Positions 36,818-46,043 of a stretch of DNA of 64,000 nt are shown in pieces (position 1 is the stretch's first letter; the number at the start of each line of letters is the position of its first letter). Source of the DNA: an uncultured Ruminococcus sp. (GTDB lineage Bacteria; Bacillota; Clostridia; Oscillospirales; CAG-272). The translations under genes were made by a program, and so were the position numbers. The stretch covers positions 268,281 to 332,280 of the forward strand of contig CAZULC010000001.1 in the NCBI GenBank assembly GCA_964621165.1, read 5' to 3'. A model generated the notes under the pieces. The model was not told the DNA's origin. It saw only the letters and a list, made by a program, of their open reading frames with translations, and searched no databases.

Positions 36818-37714
36818 TTAAACTTCACTATCGAAACGGAGAGTCTCCTGCTGACCGTCTTTTGAAATGACGACTCGTGGAAAAACTGACTGTGGTTCGT
36901 GTGAAAATAATGCCGGCTCGGGCAATGCGGGACTGTAGTGGGTGAGCCAGAGCCTGCGGCAGCTGGCGTCCTTTGCGAGATTCGCGGCGTCGTACATCGT
37001 CATGTGGAACGCTTCTTTTGCACGGGCGTTTTTCTCGCGTTCGAACATACCTTCGCAGATCAAAAGATCCGCATCAGCTGCCATGGTGGAGATGATGTCG
37101 CAGGGGCGGCTGTCGGTGGCGTAGGTGACGTGGAGTCCGCGACGGGATTTTCCAAGAACCATGTCGGGCGTGAAACCGTCAATCTGCTCACCCTTTTGCA
37201 GCCTCGACCAATATTTCATAGGTACATTGTTGGAAACTGCTCTGTCTCTGTCGAATTTACCGGCGCGTGAGATGCGGATGTCGTATCCAAGACAGGGACA
37301 GCGGTGTTTTAACTCAAACGACGTTACGGTGTACCCGAAAGCGGTGAAGCTGTCGAAGTCAGACATCTCGCGGAAGTTTATTCGGAACGGAAGTTCGGGC
37401 GCGATAGTCAGAAGGGACGAAACAATCCGCTCAACTCCACGGGGGCCGCAGATTTGAAGAGGTGAAGTCCGGCCTTCATTGCCCATCGATAGCAAAAATC
37501 CGGGGATGCCGCTGACGTGATCGGCGTGGAAGTGGGTCAGGAGGATGACGGCGGTTTTCGACAGGGAAAATCCCGCTTTTTTTACGGACAGCTGAGTCCC
37601 TTCACCGCAGTCGATGAGCATTCCGGTCCCCTCGTAGCGGAAATAAGCGCAGCTCAGGAATCGGTCGAGGCGTGGGACGGTGCCTCCTGTGCCGGGTAAA
37701 CAAACGTCTAACAT
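36818..37714 (-). CDS. rnz: Ribonuclease Z (MBL fold)
   Basis: GTGGTVP.., LIDCGEGTQ and the LTHFHADHVSG metallo-beta-lactamase motif. AAGGAG SD. Confidence 0.85.
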   Translation of the reverse strand: MLDVCLPGTGGTVPRLDRFLSCAYFRYEGTGMLIDCGEGTQLSVKKAGFSLSKTAVILLTHFHADHVSGIPGFLLSMGNEGRTSPLQICGPRGVERIVSSLLTIAPELPFRINFREMSDFDSFTAFGYTVTSFELKHRCPCLGYDIRISRAGKFDRDRAVSNNVPMKYWSRLQKGEQIDGFTPDMVLGKSRRGLHVTYATDSRPCDIISTMAADADLLICEGMFEREKNARAKEAFHMTMYDAANLAKDASCRRLWLTHYSPALPEPALFSHEPQSVFPRVVISKDGQQETLRFDSEV

Positions 37715-38096
37715 GGAATACGCTCCTTTTTGGATGATGAAATGGAAATAAATGTTAATTCAAGCGAGAATTATCGGATTATTTGGATGGAAAAATATGA
37801 AGAAATTTCGCGAAAGCGGAAAATTATGCAGAAAAATAACTGAGGTTAATTTTGGTTAATTCAGAAATACTACAACCGCACAACAAAAGGCCCGGGCGGC
37901 TGAACACAGGTCAAAACCGGCGAGCCTCACGTTGGCTGGGTGATGTTGATTTAGAATTGGACTAATGTGCTGTTTGGGCAATGGGTTCGTTGGAAGCGAA
38001 TTTTGTCGAGGAAAATGCTATTTTGATGAGCAGATTACGCTTTTGAATCCTATATAATAAGGAAGGAAATTGCGAATTTTCAGTAAAGTCGTGGTT

Positions 38097-38777
38097 TGCG
38101 GGAGCTTAAGTTTGTCGTCGAAGGTTGGCTTTAAATCAAAACTGAACGAACGATGTGCTTGCCCGTGGGGGCTTCCCCGCAATCGTAGGTTTTCGGGCGG
38201 TTTTGGGGCTGATGAAGTGCCGTGCTTGCCGCTACCGACCCCACTGCGGGAGCTTAAGTTTGTCATCGAGGGTTGGCTTTAAATCAAAACTGAACGAACG
38301 ATGTGCTTGCCCGTGGGGGCTTCCCCGCAATCGTAGGTTTTCGGGCGGTTTTGGCTGATGAAGTGCCGTGCTTGCCTGTCGGTGCTACCGACCCCACTGC
38401 GGGAGCTTTAGTTTGTCATCGAGGGTTGGCTTTAAATCAAAACTGAACGAACGACGTGCTTGCCCGTGGGGGCTTCCCCACAATCGTAGGTTTTCGGGCG
38501 GTTTTGGGACTGATGAAGTGCCGTGCTTGCCGCTACCGAACCCACTGCGGGAGCTTTAGTTTGTCATCGAGGGTTGGCTTTAAATCAAAACTGAACGAAC
38601 GACGTGCTTGCCCGTGGGGGCTTCCCCACAATCGTAGGTTTTCGGGCGGTTTTGGGACTGATGAAGTGCCGTGCTTGCCGCTACCGAACCCACTGCGGGA
38701 GCTTTAGTTTGTCATCGAGGGTTGGCTTTAAATCAAAACTGAACGAACGACGTGCTTGCCCGTGGGGGCTTCCCCAC
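38097..38777 (+). repeat. Tandem array of Family A composite units (4.6 x 148-153 bp)
   Basis: Units start at 38097, 38245, 38398, 38546 and 38694 (TGCGGGAGCTT..). Units are near-identical. The last unit is cut at 38777 and supplies the last 14 codons of the GH2 gene on the other strand. Confidence 0.85.
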
Positions 38778-40961
38778 CTTGGCGGCTTCTGCGGCCTCTT
38801 TTGACTCTATGTACATGTTGTATTCGTTGACTATTGTAGTGCCGCAGGCGCATTTGAAGGTCAGCTTCACTTGGAACACCGTCTTCGGCTTCGTTCCTGC
38901 GGGGAACTTGAACTTTATTACGCCGCCTTTGGCGTTTTTGTTCTCCTCTGCCACAACATGGTGTACGCCAGTGTAATATTCAACTCCGTCAAGCGTAATT
39001 TCGGAGATAATGTCGCCTTCCGGTGCGTGAGGGCCGTCGTTGAGCAGCCATGTCTCGAACTCGAACTCCTCCTCCGGAAACCACGCAAATTTCCTGAACT
39101 TGGCTGAGGGAACAACATCGCGGAGGGAGTCTTTTACCGCAAAATACCCGCCCTTTTTCACGTTGGGGTATGCGATGAGGGAGTTGTTCGCGGCGCACTT
39201 CCACGGCTCGCACCAGCACCAGTTGATTGCCATTGCGCAGAGGGGCTTCTGACGGCGGGCTTCCTCGAAAATTGCCTTATATCCGATGCCTTGGAGCCTG
39301 TTTGACGTCTCGACGATTGACTCAATTGTGGAAATATCACCAAATCTTTCCAGCGTTGGAAGACTCAGCCACGGATTCATGCCGCCCCATGCATAGAACG
39401 CGTGATGTGCCTGCCAAACTCCGCCAGGCTTGGGTGGGAACAGCTCGTCCTCGGGGATAAATGAGCGGAGGTACTCTACACTCGGCGGAGTTGCGGGAAT
39501 TCCAAACTCGGTGTAGGCTGTGGCGCGGGTCCGACCGAAGAGTGCGAACTGGTCCTCACCGGTTTCAAGATCGAGGAAGGTATAGCCGCCGTGCTTCATT
39601 CCGTCGATTGGCGAGGTGGGGTTGAAGGGGACTTCGGGGCAAAGCTCGAGGGTGAGTGCGTTGAGGAGTCGGAGCGCGAGGTGCTGATCCGTCATGCCCG
39701 ACCAGCTATTGAACAGCTCGTTTCCGCCGCACCAGATTGCGATGGACGGATGTGAGCGGAGCTTCAGAATTATTGCGGTTGCCTCCTGCTTGAGAATGGA
39801 TAAATATTCAGGGGAGTCGTAGTAGTTATTGCAGGACAGGGGGAACTCGAACCAGAGCATGATTCCGTATTTATCGCAGAGGCTGTAAAAAATTTCCTTC
39901 TGGCATCCGGTACCGCCCCAGCAGCGGAATACGTTCATGTTGGCTTCATACGCGAACCTGATGAGTTCCTCGTATTCTTTATCTGTCACAATGCCGGGGA
40001 AGATTTCCTGATTGACGTAGTTGGAGCCTTTTGCGAAAACGTTGACTCCGTTGAGTGTAATCTGAGCCGGTGGCCATGCGCGGGACTTAGGGAAGCCTTG
40101 TGGGTCGATGAGTCTGCCGCAGTTTTGGGTGAGCTGGACTCTACGGAAGCCGATTTTCTTATCAACTGAGTTTTCTTCATTATAAACGGTGACTGTATAA
40201 AGGTTGGGTTCGCCGTAGCCTCTACACCACCAGAGCTTGGGATTTTCGACGTACGCGGTGAATTTACCGTCAATGGTTGTTCCTTCGGCAACGACATCTC
40301 CTGCTGTGTCGGTGATTTTGACCTTACAGGGGAGTGTTGAGTCGACGGTTGTAGTGACTTCGGCGTGTGTGAAGTCCGGGGAAAGGGTATAGCGGGATTC
40401 TGTTCTGCCGATATAGTATTGGTTACGTGATTCTACGAATGTGTCGTCCCATATACCGGAGGGGATAGCTCTGGGGTGCCAGTCCCAGTAGTAGGAGACG
40501 GGGGGTTTACAGGACTGGGAGGCTTGGTTACGGTCCATTGGCATACCCTCGAGCATGGGGTGGGGGTGGATTTTGATTTTGAGGTTATCGCCGGGCTTAG
40601 TGTTACGACCGAAGAGTGAGTTTGCGAAGTCGTCGAGGCAGATATCGACCCGTGAGAACATACCCTCGTGGTGGAAGATCTCGCGGTCATTGAGGAGTAC
40701 GGTCCAGATATAGTCGATCCCCTCGGTAGCGAACCAGATTTTCTCGCCGGCCTTACGCTGGAAGTCGAGAGTTGTGGTATAATACCAAGTAAAAGGTTCC
40801 AGCTGCGTCATCTTTTCGTGCTGCATACCGTAGTTTATATCCGAGATGAATTCTGGGTGTGCCTTAATATAGTCATTCTGCACGTTTCCGGGAACCTGAG
40901 CGGGAAACGGCGGGCAGTCGACATCCGGCGAGTAAGCGGTAAAATTTTGGTAAAACTTCAT
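38733..40961 (-). CDS. Glycoside hydrolase family 2 (beta-mannosidase / exo-glucosaminidase-like)
   Basis: GH2 architecture with a sugar-binding N-terminal region, a TIM barrel with FRCWGG and CGGNELFN. AAGGAG SD. The C-terminal GKPPRASTSFVQF is encoded by the antisense of a Family A unit. Confidence 0.85.
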   Translation of the reverse strand: MKFYQNFTAYSPDVDCPPFPAQVPGNVQNDYIKAHPEFISDINYGMQHEKMTQLEPFTWYYTTTLDFQRKAGEKIWFATEGIDYIWTVLLNDREIFHHEGMFSRVDICLDDFANSLFGRNTKPGDNLKIKIHPHPMLEGMPMDRNQASQSCKPPVSYYWDWHPRAIPSGIWDDTFVESRNQYYIGRTESRYTLSPDFTHAEVTTTVDSTLPCKVKITDTAGDVVAEGTTIDGKFTAYVENPKLWWCRGYGEPNLYTVTVYNEENSVDKKIGFRRVQLTQNCGRLIDPQGFPKSRAWPPAQITLNGVNVFAKGSNYVNQEIFPGIVTDKEYEELIRFAYEANMNVFRCWGGTGCQKEIFYSLCDKYGIMLWFEFPLSCNNYYDSPEYLSILKQEATAIILKLRSHPSIAIWCGGNELFNSWSGMTDQHLALRLLNALTLELCPEVPFNPTSPIDGMKHGGYTFLDLETGEDQFALFGRTRATAYTEFGIPATPPSVEYLRSFIPEDELFPPKPGGVWQAHHAFYAWGGMNPWLSLPTLERFGDISTIESIVETSNRLQGIGYKAIFEEARRQKPLCAMAINWCWCEPWKCAANNSLIAYPNVKKGGYFAVKDSLRDVVPSAKFRKFAWFPEEEFEFETWLLNDGPHAPEGDIISEITLDGVEYYTGVHHVVAEENKNAKGGVIKFKFPAGTKPKTVFQVKLTFKCACGTTIVNEYNMYIESKEAAEAAKVGKPPRASTSFVQF

Positions 40962-41008
40962 GCGGTTTGGCTCCTTATTTATAGATTTAATTAGGTTCAG
41001 ATTTGATG

Positions 41009-41452
41009 TGAAGGTGAACGAGGGGGACGTGCTTCTTTAAAGAAGCTGTGCAGGAACTTTATTCCTCATTCTGTTTTATGTGAAGTTTAGCAGGACATGT
41101 TCACTCCGAGCTAATCTGTAGTTTAGTAAGGAGGATGCGGAGAAAATATAGAATACCAAGGGATCAGGAGGGATATAATACGGCAGTCAGGAACAGCCTT
41201 ATTGGAGATAGCTTGCTATCTCCGGTACACAGTTCCCGCCCCCTGTCTGCCCACGCCGGATTCAGATTGCGGGATGGGGCAGTGATAACGTGCAGTTTAC
41301 ATCAGTTATATCAGCGCGAGCGTTGGTGCTGATGGTTGAGAAGATCATGAAATGTTGCGATTGCTGGATTAGCAGTGATAACGTTTGGTTCTACAGCAGT
41401 TATATCAGCGCGAGCGTTGGTGTTGAGGGTGGAGAAAATCATGACGGTATAT
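41009..41452 (+). ncRNA. Family C structured intergenic element, copy b (3' module tandemly duplicated)
   Basis: Same block order as copies a and c. Hairpin GGAGATAGC-TT-GCTATCTCC is present. The 3' module GCAGTGATAACG..GTTATATCAGCGCGAGCGTTGGTG occurs twice (41279 and 41372, 93-nt period). Confidence 0.5.
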
Positions 41453-41826
41453 TATCTTGTAATAAAGTAAATCCCGGAGTGACGTTTCAAAACAAGCGTA
41501 GATGAAACCCTGCTCTCGCAAGGACGGCGCCCTCTCCGATGGTTTGTGCTCCCAGCGTCCTAATCACTACGGCGGCGCGGAATGCGTCTCACGGTAATGG
41601 AGGGAGGTCTGCATACCTGCACCGGAAGTCCAGGCTCCTTTTTACTCTTTGTGGGTTTTTACGCTCATCTTTATTTCGTACACCCCAGGACAGGGTTGAT
41701 TATATGATGTTGGTTTTGCGTACTTCTGTTATAGTTCGGTTTAAGTTTGCGTTATCCTTGACTTTTCAATCTTAGAATCAAGTTGTTCTTATGAAATTTA
41801 ATTTTGCTTAAATTGCTTGTGAAGCC

Positions 41827-42183
41827 TTAATCCTCATCGTAGAATATATCCGAGAATTCGTCGTCGAAAATATCGGCTATTCTGTCGAATTCGTCGTCGT
41901 CTTCGATTGTTTCAAGAATGTCTTCGCCGTCATCGTCTTGTGAACATTTCAGGATTACGTACTCATTGCTTTCTTCTTCGCCGTTTTCGTTCACGGGAAT
42001 CAGGGCTTTGTAGGTCTCGCCTTCATGTTCAAGAGTGCCAAGTAGGGCAAAGTTCAGCTCGTTGCCTTCTTCGTCGGTCAGAGTGTAAATCTCGGGGTCG
42101 TACTCTTCGCCTTCCTCAATTTCCGGCTTGCTGCTCTCATCCTGCTCATCACGCTCGTCGAAGAGTCCGTCGTTCTTATCCAT
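41827..42183 (-). CDS. DUF1292 domain-containing protein
   Basis: Acidic 118-aa protein. YTLTDEEGNELNFALLGTLEHEGETYKALIPV..YVILK matches the DUF1292 pattern. Confidence 0.8.
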   Translation of the reverse strand: MDKNDGLFDERDEQDESSKPEIEEGEEYDPEIYTLTDEEGNELNFALLGTLEHEGETYKALIPVNENGEEESNEYVILKCSQDDDGEDILETIEDDDEFDRIADIFDDEFSDIFYDED

Positions 42184-42275
42184 CTGCGCTGCTCCTATAT
42201 TTTTATGCTTGTTTTTTCTTTACTGATATTGTACACGATTTTTGGGTTTTTGTCAATAGGATTTTTATATCATTT

Positions 42276-42809
42276 TTATATTTCCGTGGGTTTTGCTTGA
42301 TTTTTTTTGCGCTCCGGAATGTCAATCCGCACAATACCCACAATTATGGAGCATAGCACGAAAATTTCGTTTACGCAGCCGATGTTTTTGTGGGACAGGT
42401 GGTAGGCGAACCAGCATGAAGGCGATGGCAGGGTGAACAGGCGGGTCATGGCGGGGGACTTGCATGAGAAGGAGTAGATCGTGAACAGCGTTCCAACCAG
42501 CGCCAACGCGTCGAAGATGTTTTCGTAGGTGAATGCCGTCATTACCACAGCGCTTATCATGAACAGCGGCAGCCAGACTTTGCTTCTTGCCCATTTGTGC
42601 TCGGGCGCAAGATAGAATACCGTAAGCCGGATTACGGCGTGAATGTTCATCAGCACTCCCGTCCATGCCAGCTTGAGTCCGAGGTTGGCGATAAACATTG
42701 CGGTCGCGGTGATCTGCCAGAAGAGAATTTTCTTTTTGTCCTTCATCTGGTAGCATATGATGTTGCAGATTATGGCGAGGATCGCGAAGATTTGAGACAG
42801 TATTTCCAT
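42276..42809 (-). CDS. YgjV-like inner membrane protein
   Basis: 177 aa with about six TM helices. The N-terminus ILSQIFAILAIICNIICYQMKDKKKILFWQ resembles the YgjV family. Confidence 0.55.
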   Translation of the reverse strand: MEILSQIFAILAIICNIICYQMKDKKKILFWQITATAMFIANLGLKLAWTGVLMNIHAVIRLTVFYLAPEHKWARSKVWLPLFMISAVVMTAFTYENIFDALALVGTLFTIYSFSCKSPAMTRLFTLPSPSCWFAYHLSHKNIGCVNEIFVLCSIIVGIVRIDIPERKKNQAKPTEI

Positions 42810-42871
42810 GGTCGATATTATTCTTTCGGATTTCTGATGATATTATTCTGGTAAGATTTGGCAAAATTTGG

Positions 42872-43429
42872 TCAGATTCTGAGTTCCTTCACCACTGTGG
42901 CGGAGGAATTGTAGAATTTGATTGACTTTATCATCTTGTTCGTGGCTTCAAAGTATACCACAAGGGACTTGCCGTCCTTCTCGAGTCTGCCGAAGTAGGC
43001 GTCGTCGGCTTTTACGCTTCCACGGAAGTCCAGTATGCGGTCCGCTTTCTCCCATTTGCCGCGGTTTGATTCTTCCATCGGCTCGATTGCTGAAAACTCG
43101 GAAATGAGATTTTCAAAAATGAGATTCTCCTTCTTGTGGCCGTATACGTCGGTGAAGCGGATCTTTGCGTTTGAAATTTCAGTTTTATGATCCACATTAA
43201 CGGCTCTGCTCCAGACCAGATTGTGGATGATGACGATTGTAATTGGAATGAATGGGAGCGTGATTATTGCTACGAGAACACCGTATGTGCTGAGCAGGGT
43301 CATAATGCCGATGTATGCAAAAGTGACGGCGGCATAGAGCAGAAGTAGAAGAATTTTGTTTCTCAAGTATTTGCCTTCCGATTTCTGTGTGACGGTGTAT
43401 TCCGCATAATTGATGGAGTCCGATGCCAT
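42872..43429 (-). CDS. Hypothetical membrane protein (two TM helices plus a soluble C-terminal domain)
   Basis: AAAGGTGA SD. The ORF shows a coding-like composition. No family was recognised. Confidence 0.6.
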   Translation of the reverse strand: MASDSINYAEYTVTQKSEGKYLRNKILLLLLYAAVTFAYIGIMTLLSTYGVLVAIITLPFIPITIVIIHNLVWSRAVNVDHKTEISNAKIRFTDVYGHKKENLIFENLISEFSAIEPMEESNRGKWEKADRILDFRGSVKADDAYFGRLEKDGKSLVVYFEATNKMIKSIKFYNSSATVVKELRI

Positions 43430-43501
43430 GTTTTTTCACCTTTCTTCTTGTTTTTGTTGTTGGGCGTGATTTATGTAAAGTATAAAACAGTTCCGCTGTA
43501 A

Positions 43502-43676
43502 TTTCCCGGTAGCTTGGGTTTGTCGTCGAGGGATTGCTGTAAATTTAAACTGCAAAAATGACGTGTCTGCCTGTCGTTGCTATTGACTGCGGGAGCTAAA
43601 GTTTGTAGTCGAGGGATCGCTTCAAATTCAGACTTCAAAAACGACGAGATAGCCCGCGGGGACTTCCCCGCCCCCA
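43502..43676 (+). repeat. Two tandem Family A units (first with a degenerate hairpin)
   Basis: ..GGTAGCTTGGGTTTGTCGTCGAGGGATTGC.. then TGCGGGAGCTAAAGTTTGTAGTCGAGGGATCGC..GACGAGATAGCCCGCGGGGACTTCCCCGC. Confidence 0.65.
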
Positions 43677-43854
43677 CTATATTTTAGCATAGTTGGGGGG
43701 AGATTGCAACAGATTTTGGGAATTATGTTTACAGAAATCTTTTTATTTTTACAGTTTTTGTTTTATGACGATAAAAGTTTTGTTTATGATAGGTGCGTAA
43801 ATAATAAAGATTTGACTTTTTCCGTCATTTTCGCAAAAAGTTTTGATTTTGCTA

Positions 43855-43883
43855 TTGACCTTGACGGATGCTTATACTATAAT
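43855..43883 (+). promoter_or_regulatory. Sigma-A type promoter of the isomerase/sulfatase-like/oxidoreductase locus
   Basis: -35 TTGACC, 17-nt spacer, -10 TATAAT. Confidence 0.65.
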
Positions 43884-43945
43884 GTTTTTTGGTAGTATTA
43901 AACGAAAATTCAGACTGAATCAACTAAAAAATAAGGAGAGTTTTT

Positions 43946-44794
43946 ATGCTCAACATTGGTGTAACTTCCCGGGCTTTTTCCGGTTTGACGATTTACGACA
44001 CGGCGTCACTCATGAAAAATGCCGGATTCAGATGTACGGAGCTGTGCCTCTGCCACGAGGATCTGCCGGGATGGGAGTATAACGGCGCGGGTGTGCTTGA
44101 CGGTATGTCGCCTGCACGGGTGAAGTCGGCGGCGGATGTGTTCCGTTCACTTGGGATCGAGGTTGTGTCGCTGGGACTGTTCACAAACCTGCTCTCGGGC
44201 GGGGAGGCATGCATGGATACGGCCCGCAGGTACATCGAGTTCGCGTCTGAGGCAAAAATACCGTATATCGCGTCAGAGTGCGGATTTACCCCGGGCAGAC
44301 GCGGAATCTGTGCGGACTCTTACGAGACAGACTACTGTAAACTGAAAGAAACCTTGCGTGCGCTGTGCCTTGAAGCGGAGTCGGCGGGAGTGCATGTGTG
44401 CCTCGAAGGATGCGTGCTTGACGTGATTCCCTCGCCCCGTAGAATGAAAAACCTTATCGAAGAGCTTGAGGCGGAGTGCGAGGTTCGGCTTGGTGCGCTT
44501 CTTGATCCGGCAAACTACATCGCCAACTCGGATGAGGAAGGGATGTTCTATTACCTCAAGCACGACATTGCCTACATCCACGGCAAGGACAGGAAAATCA
44601 ACGCGGCCTACGGGGTTAATGTAGGTGACGGGGACATTGACTGGGTGAAGTTTATGGAGTGTTACATCAGGTATGCCAACCGAAAACCGGTGATTCTCGA
44701 ATACTGCAGCAAGGACAACTGCGGCGAGATTAAGGCAAGAACGGAGGAATACTACGAGGACGCCTTCACTGGGATTATCAACCGGCTGGCGTGA
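43946..44794 (+). CDS. Sugar phosphate isomerase/epimerase (xylose isomerase-like TIM barrel)
   Basis: AAGGAG SD. 282 aa with the alternating pattern and acidic metal-ligand positions (CLEG.., HGKD) of the AP-endonuclease-2/TIM family. Confidence 0.75.
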   Translation: MLNIGVTSRAFSGLTIYDTASLMKNAGFRCTELCLCHEDLPGWEYNGAGVLDGMSPARVKSAADVFRSLGIEVVSLGLFTNLLSGGEACMDTARRYIEFASEAKIPYIASECGFTPGRRGICADSYETDYCKLKETLRALCLEAESAGVHVCLEGCVLDVIPSPRRMKNLIEELEAECEVRLGALLDPANYIANSDEEGMFYYLKHDIAYIHGKDRKINAAYGVNVGDGDIDWVKFMECYIRYANRKPVILEYCSKDNCGEIKARTEEYYEDAFTGIINRLA

Positions 44795-44821
44795 GGATCC
44801 GTGGGGTGGAATATAGTTTAT

Positions 44822-45125
44822 TGGAATTGGATTTAGAGAATTCAGGGATTTCGTTGTTATTTTCTCATTTATCGATGAGCAAAGGACCAAAAGAGGAACT
44901 CCTTGGAAGTATTGGGTGTTTCGAATTCTTCGGAATTCGACAATGGGACCCGCTTCCCTTGACCCTAACAAACTTTTGAAAAGGCTTGATCTAAACTTTA
45001 TTGCTACAACGTGAAGTTGAGTAGTGAAGTTTGCCCGCGGGGGCTTCCCCGCTTCCCTTGACCCTAACAAGTCTTTGAAAAGGCTTGATCTAAACTTTTC
45101 GGCAACAAAGTGAAGTTGAAATTTA
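44822..45125 (+). repeat. Family B structured repeat, copy B4 (chimeric, 3' module duplicated around a Family A hairpin)
   Basis: H0 CTCATTTATCGATGAG and H1 TCGAATTCTTCGGAATTCGA. The 3' module CTTGACCCTAACAA..AAAGGCTTGATCTAAACTT occurs twice, separated by CCCGCGGGGGCTTCCCCGC (45034-45052). Confidence 0.7.
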
Positions 45126-45141
45126 TAGGAGGTATATCAAA

Positions 45142-45939
45142 ATGATTAAACTTGGTGTGAATTCGGTTTTGTTCAAGGCGTTTCCTTACCGGGTGGTGGC
45201 TGAACAGATTGCGAAAATCGGGTACGACGGGGTGGAGCTTTCCGCCATACAGGGAATGTGCGAGCATCTCTGTCTCGACCGGTGGCGAGAACAGGCGGAG
45301 GAATTGAAGTCAATCCGGGAGGAATTTAATCTTCCCTACCTTGCCATGGAGGCGGCAACCCTTGACCGGGAGCGGTTACTCAAAGCCTACGAAGCGGCGG
45401 CTGAGATTGGCATTCCCGTGGTGAATATCGGTCCCGGCGGACGTTCAGGCGACGAGGATTCCCTCAAGGCCCAGCTGGAGCTTATTTCCCGTCTGGCTGA
45501 GGACGCGGAATCCTTTGGCGTGAACCTCTGCGTGAAGGCACATGTAGGCGCGGCGGTGTACTCGACTCCCACGACCCTTGCGATGATGGAGTCGGTTAAG
45601 TCCCCTGCGTTCGGCGTCGACATGGACCCGTCGCACATTCACAGAGCCGGAGAAAATCCCGCTTTGGCTTTACCGGCGGTTCTCTCGAAGATGAAGCACA
45701 TCCACATACGGGACTGCAAGGGCGAAGGGCCGTCCCCGGGTGCGCCGGTTGATCAGGCCTGCGGAAAGGGCGACATTGACCTGTGGGGGTACTTCAAAGC
45801 AATGGTTGAGCAGAACTACGACGGTCCGGTTGACCTTGAGGTTATAGGTCCGGAGCAGAGCCTTGAGTCGGCGGTGCAGATTGCGGCGGAAAGCTACGGA
45901 TACATGAACGCGGTGCTGAAAAAGCTCGGCGCGAGATAA
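45142..45939 (+). CDS. Sugar phosphate isomerase/epimerase (xylose isomerase-like TIM barrel)
   Basis: AGGAGG SD. MIKLGVNSVLF.., GYDGVELS and HIHIRDCKG are typical of the family. Confidence 0.8.
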   Translation: MIKLGVNSVLFKAFPYRVVAEQIAKIGYDGVELSAIQGMCEHLCLDRWREQAEELKSIREEFNLPYLAMEAATLDRERLLKAYEAAAEIGIPVVNIGPGGRSGDEDSLKAQLELISRLAEDAESFGVNLCVKAHVGAAVYSTPTTLAMMESVKSPAFGVDMDPSHIHRAGENPALALPAVLSKMKHIHIRDCKGEGPSPGAPVDQACGKGDIDLWGYFKAMVEQNYDGPVDLEVIGPEQSLESAVQIAAESYGYMNAVLKKLGAR

Positions 45940-46043
45940 GGCTTGGAATTTGTAATAAAGAAGAAATCTGAATCATACGCTTGAAAAATTGAGATTGCTG
46001 TATTAAGAATGTGTTTTGCTTACAGCGGAAAAAGGTGAAATTT

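Noticed and set aside
38155-38804. A series of + strand ORFs of 63-83 aa (MLARGGFP..RACPWGLP..) reads through the 148-bp array.
   Set aside because: They are translations of the tandem repeat itself. The 148-bp period is not a multiple of 3, so successive units are read in different frames. There are no RBSs and the composition is low-complexity Arg/Gly/Cys-rich.
41490-41650. A GC-rich non-coding stretch after Family C copy b contains GGAGGGAGG..GGAAGTCCAGGCTCC (41624-41638), reminiscent of RNase P RNA CR-I (GAGGAAAGTCCGGGCTCC).
   Set aside because: Only this one short box matches. The other universally conserved RNase P regions (P4 partner, ACAGAA, J-regions) are absent. The box is immediately followed by a T-run. 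It is more likely part of a terminator-like hairpin or a degraded sequence.
44273-45070. Long antisense ORFs: 265 aa (44273..45070), 333 aa (46632..47633), 205 aa (11467..12084), 202 aa (7568..8176) and 209 aa (28177..28806).
   Set aside because: Each lies opposite a well-supported gene with clear family motifs. They show Arg/Pro/His-rich antisense-type composition and lack an SD. The first also runs through Family B4.
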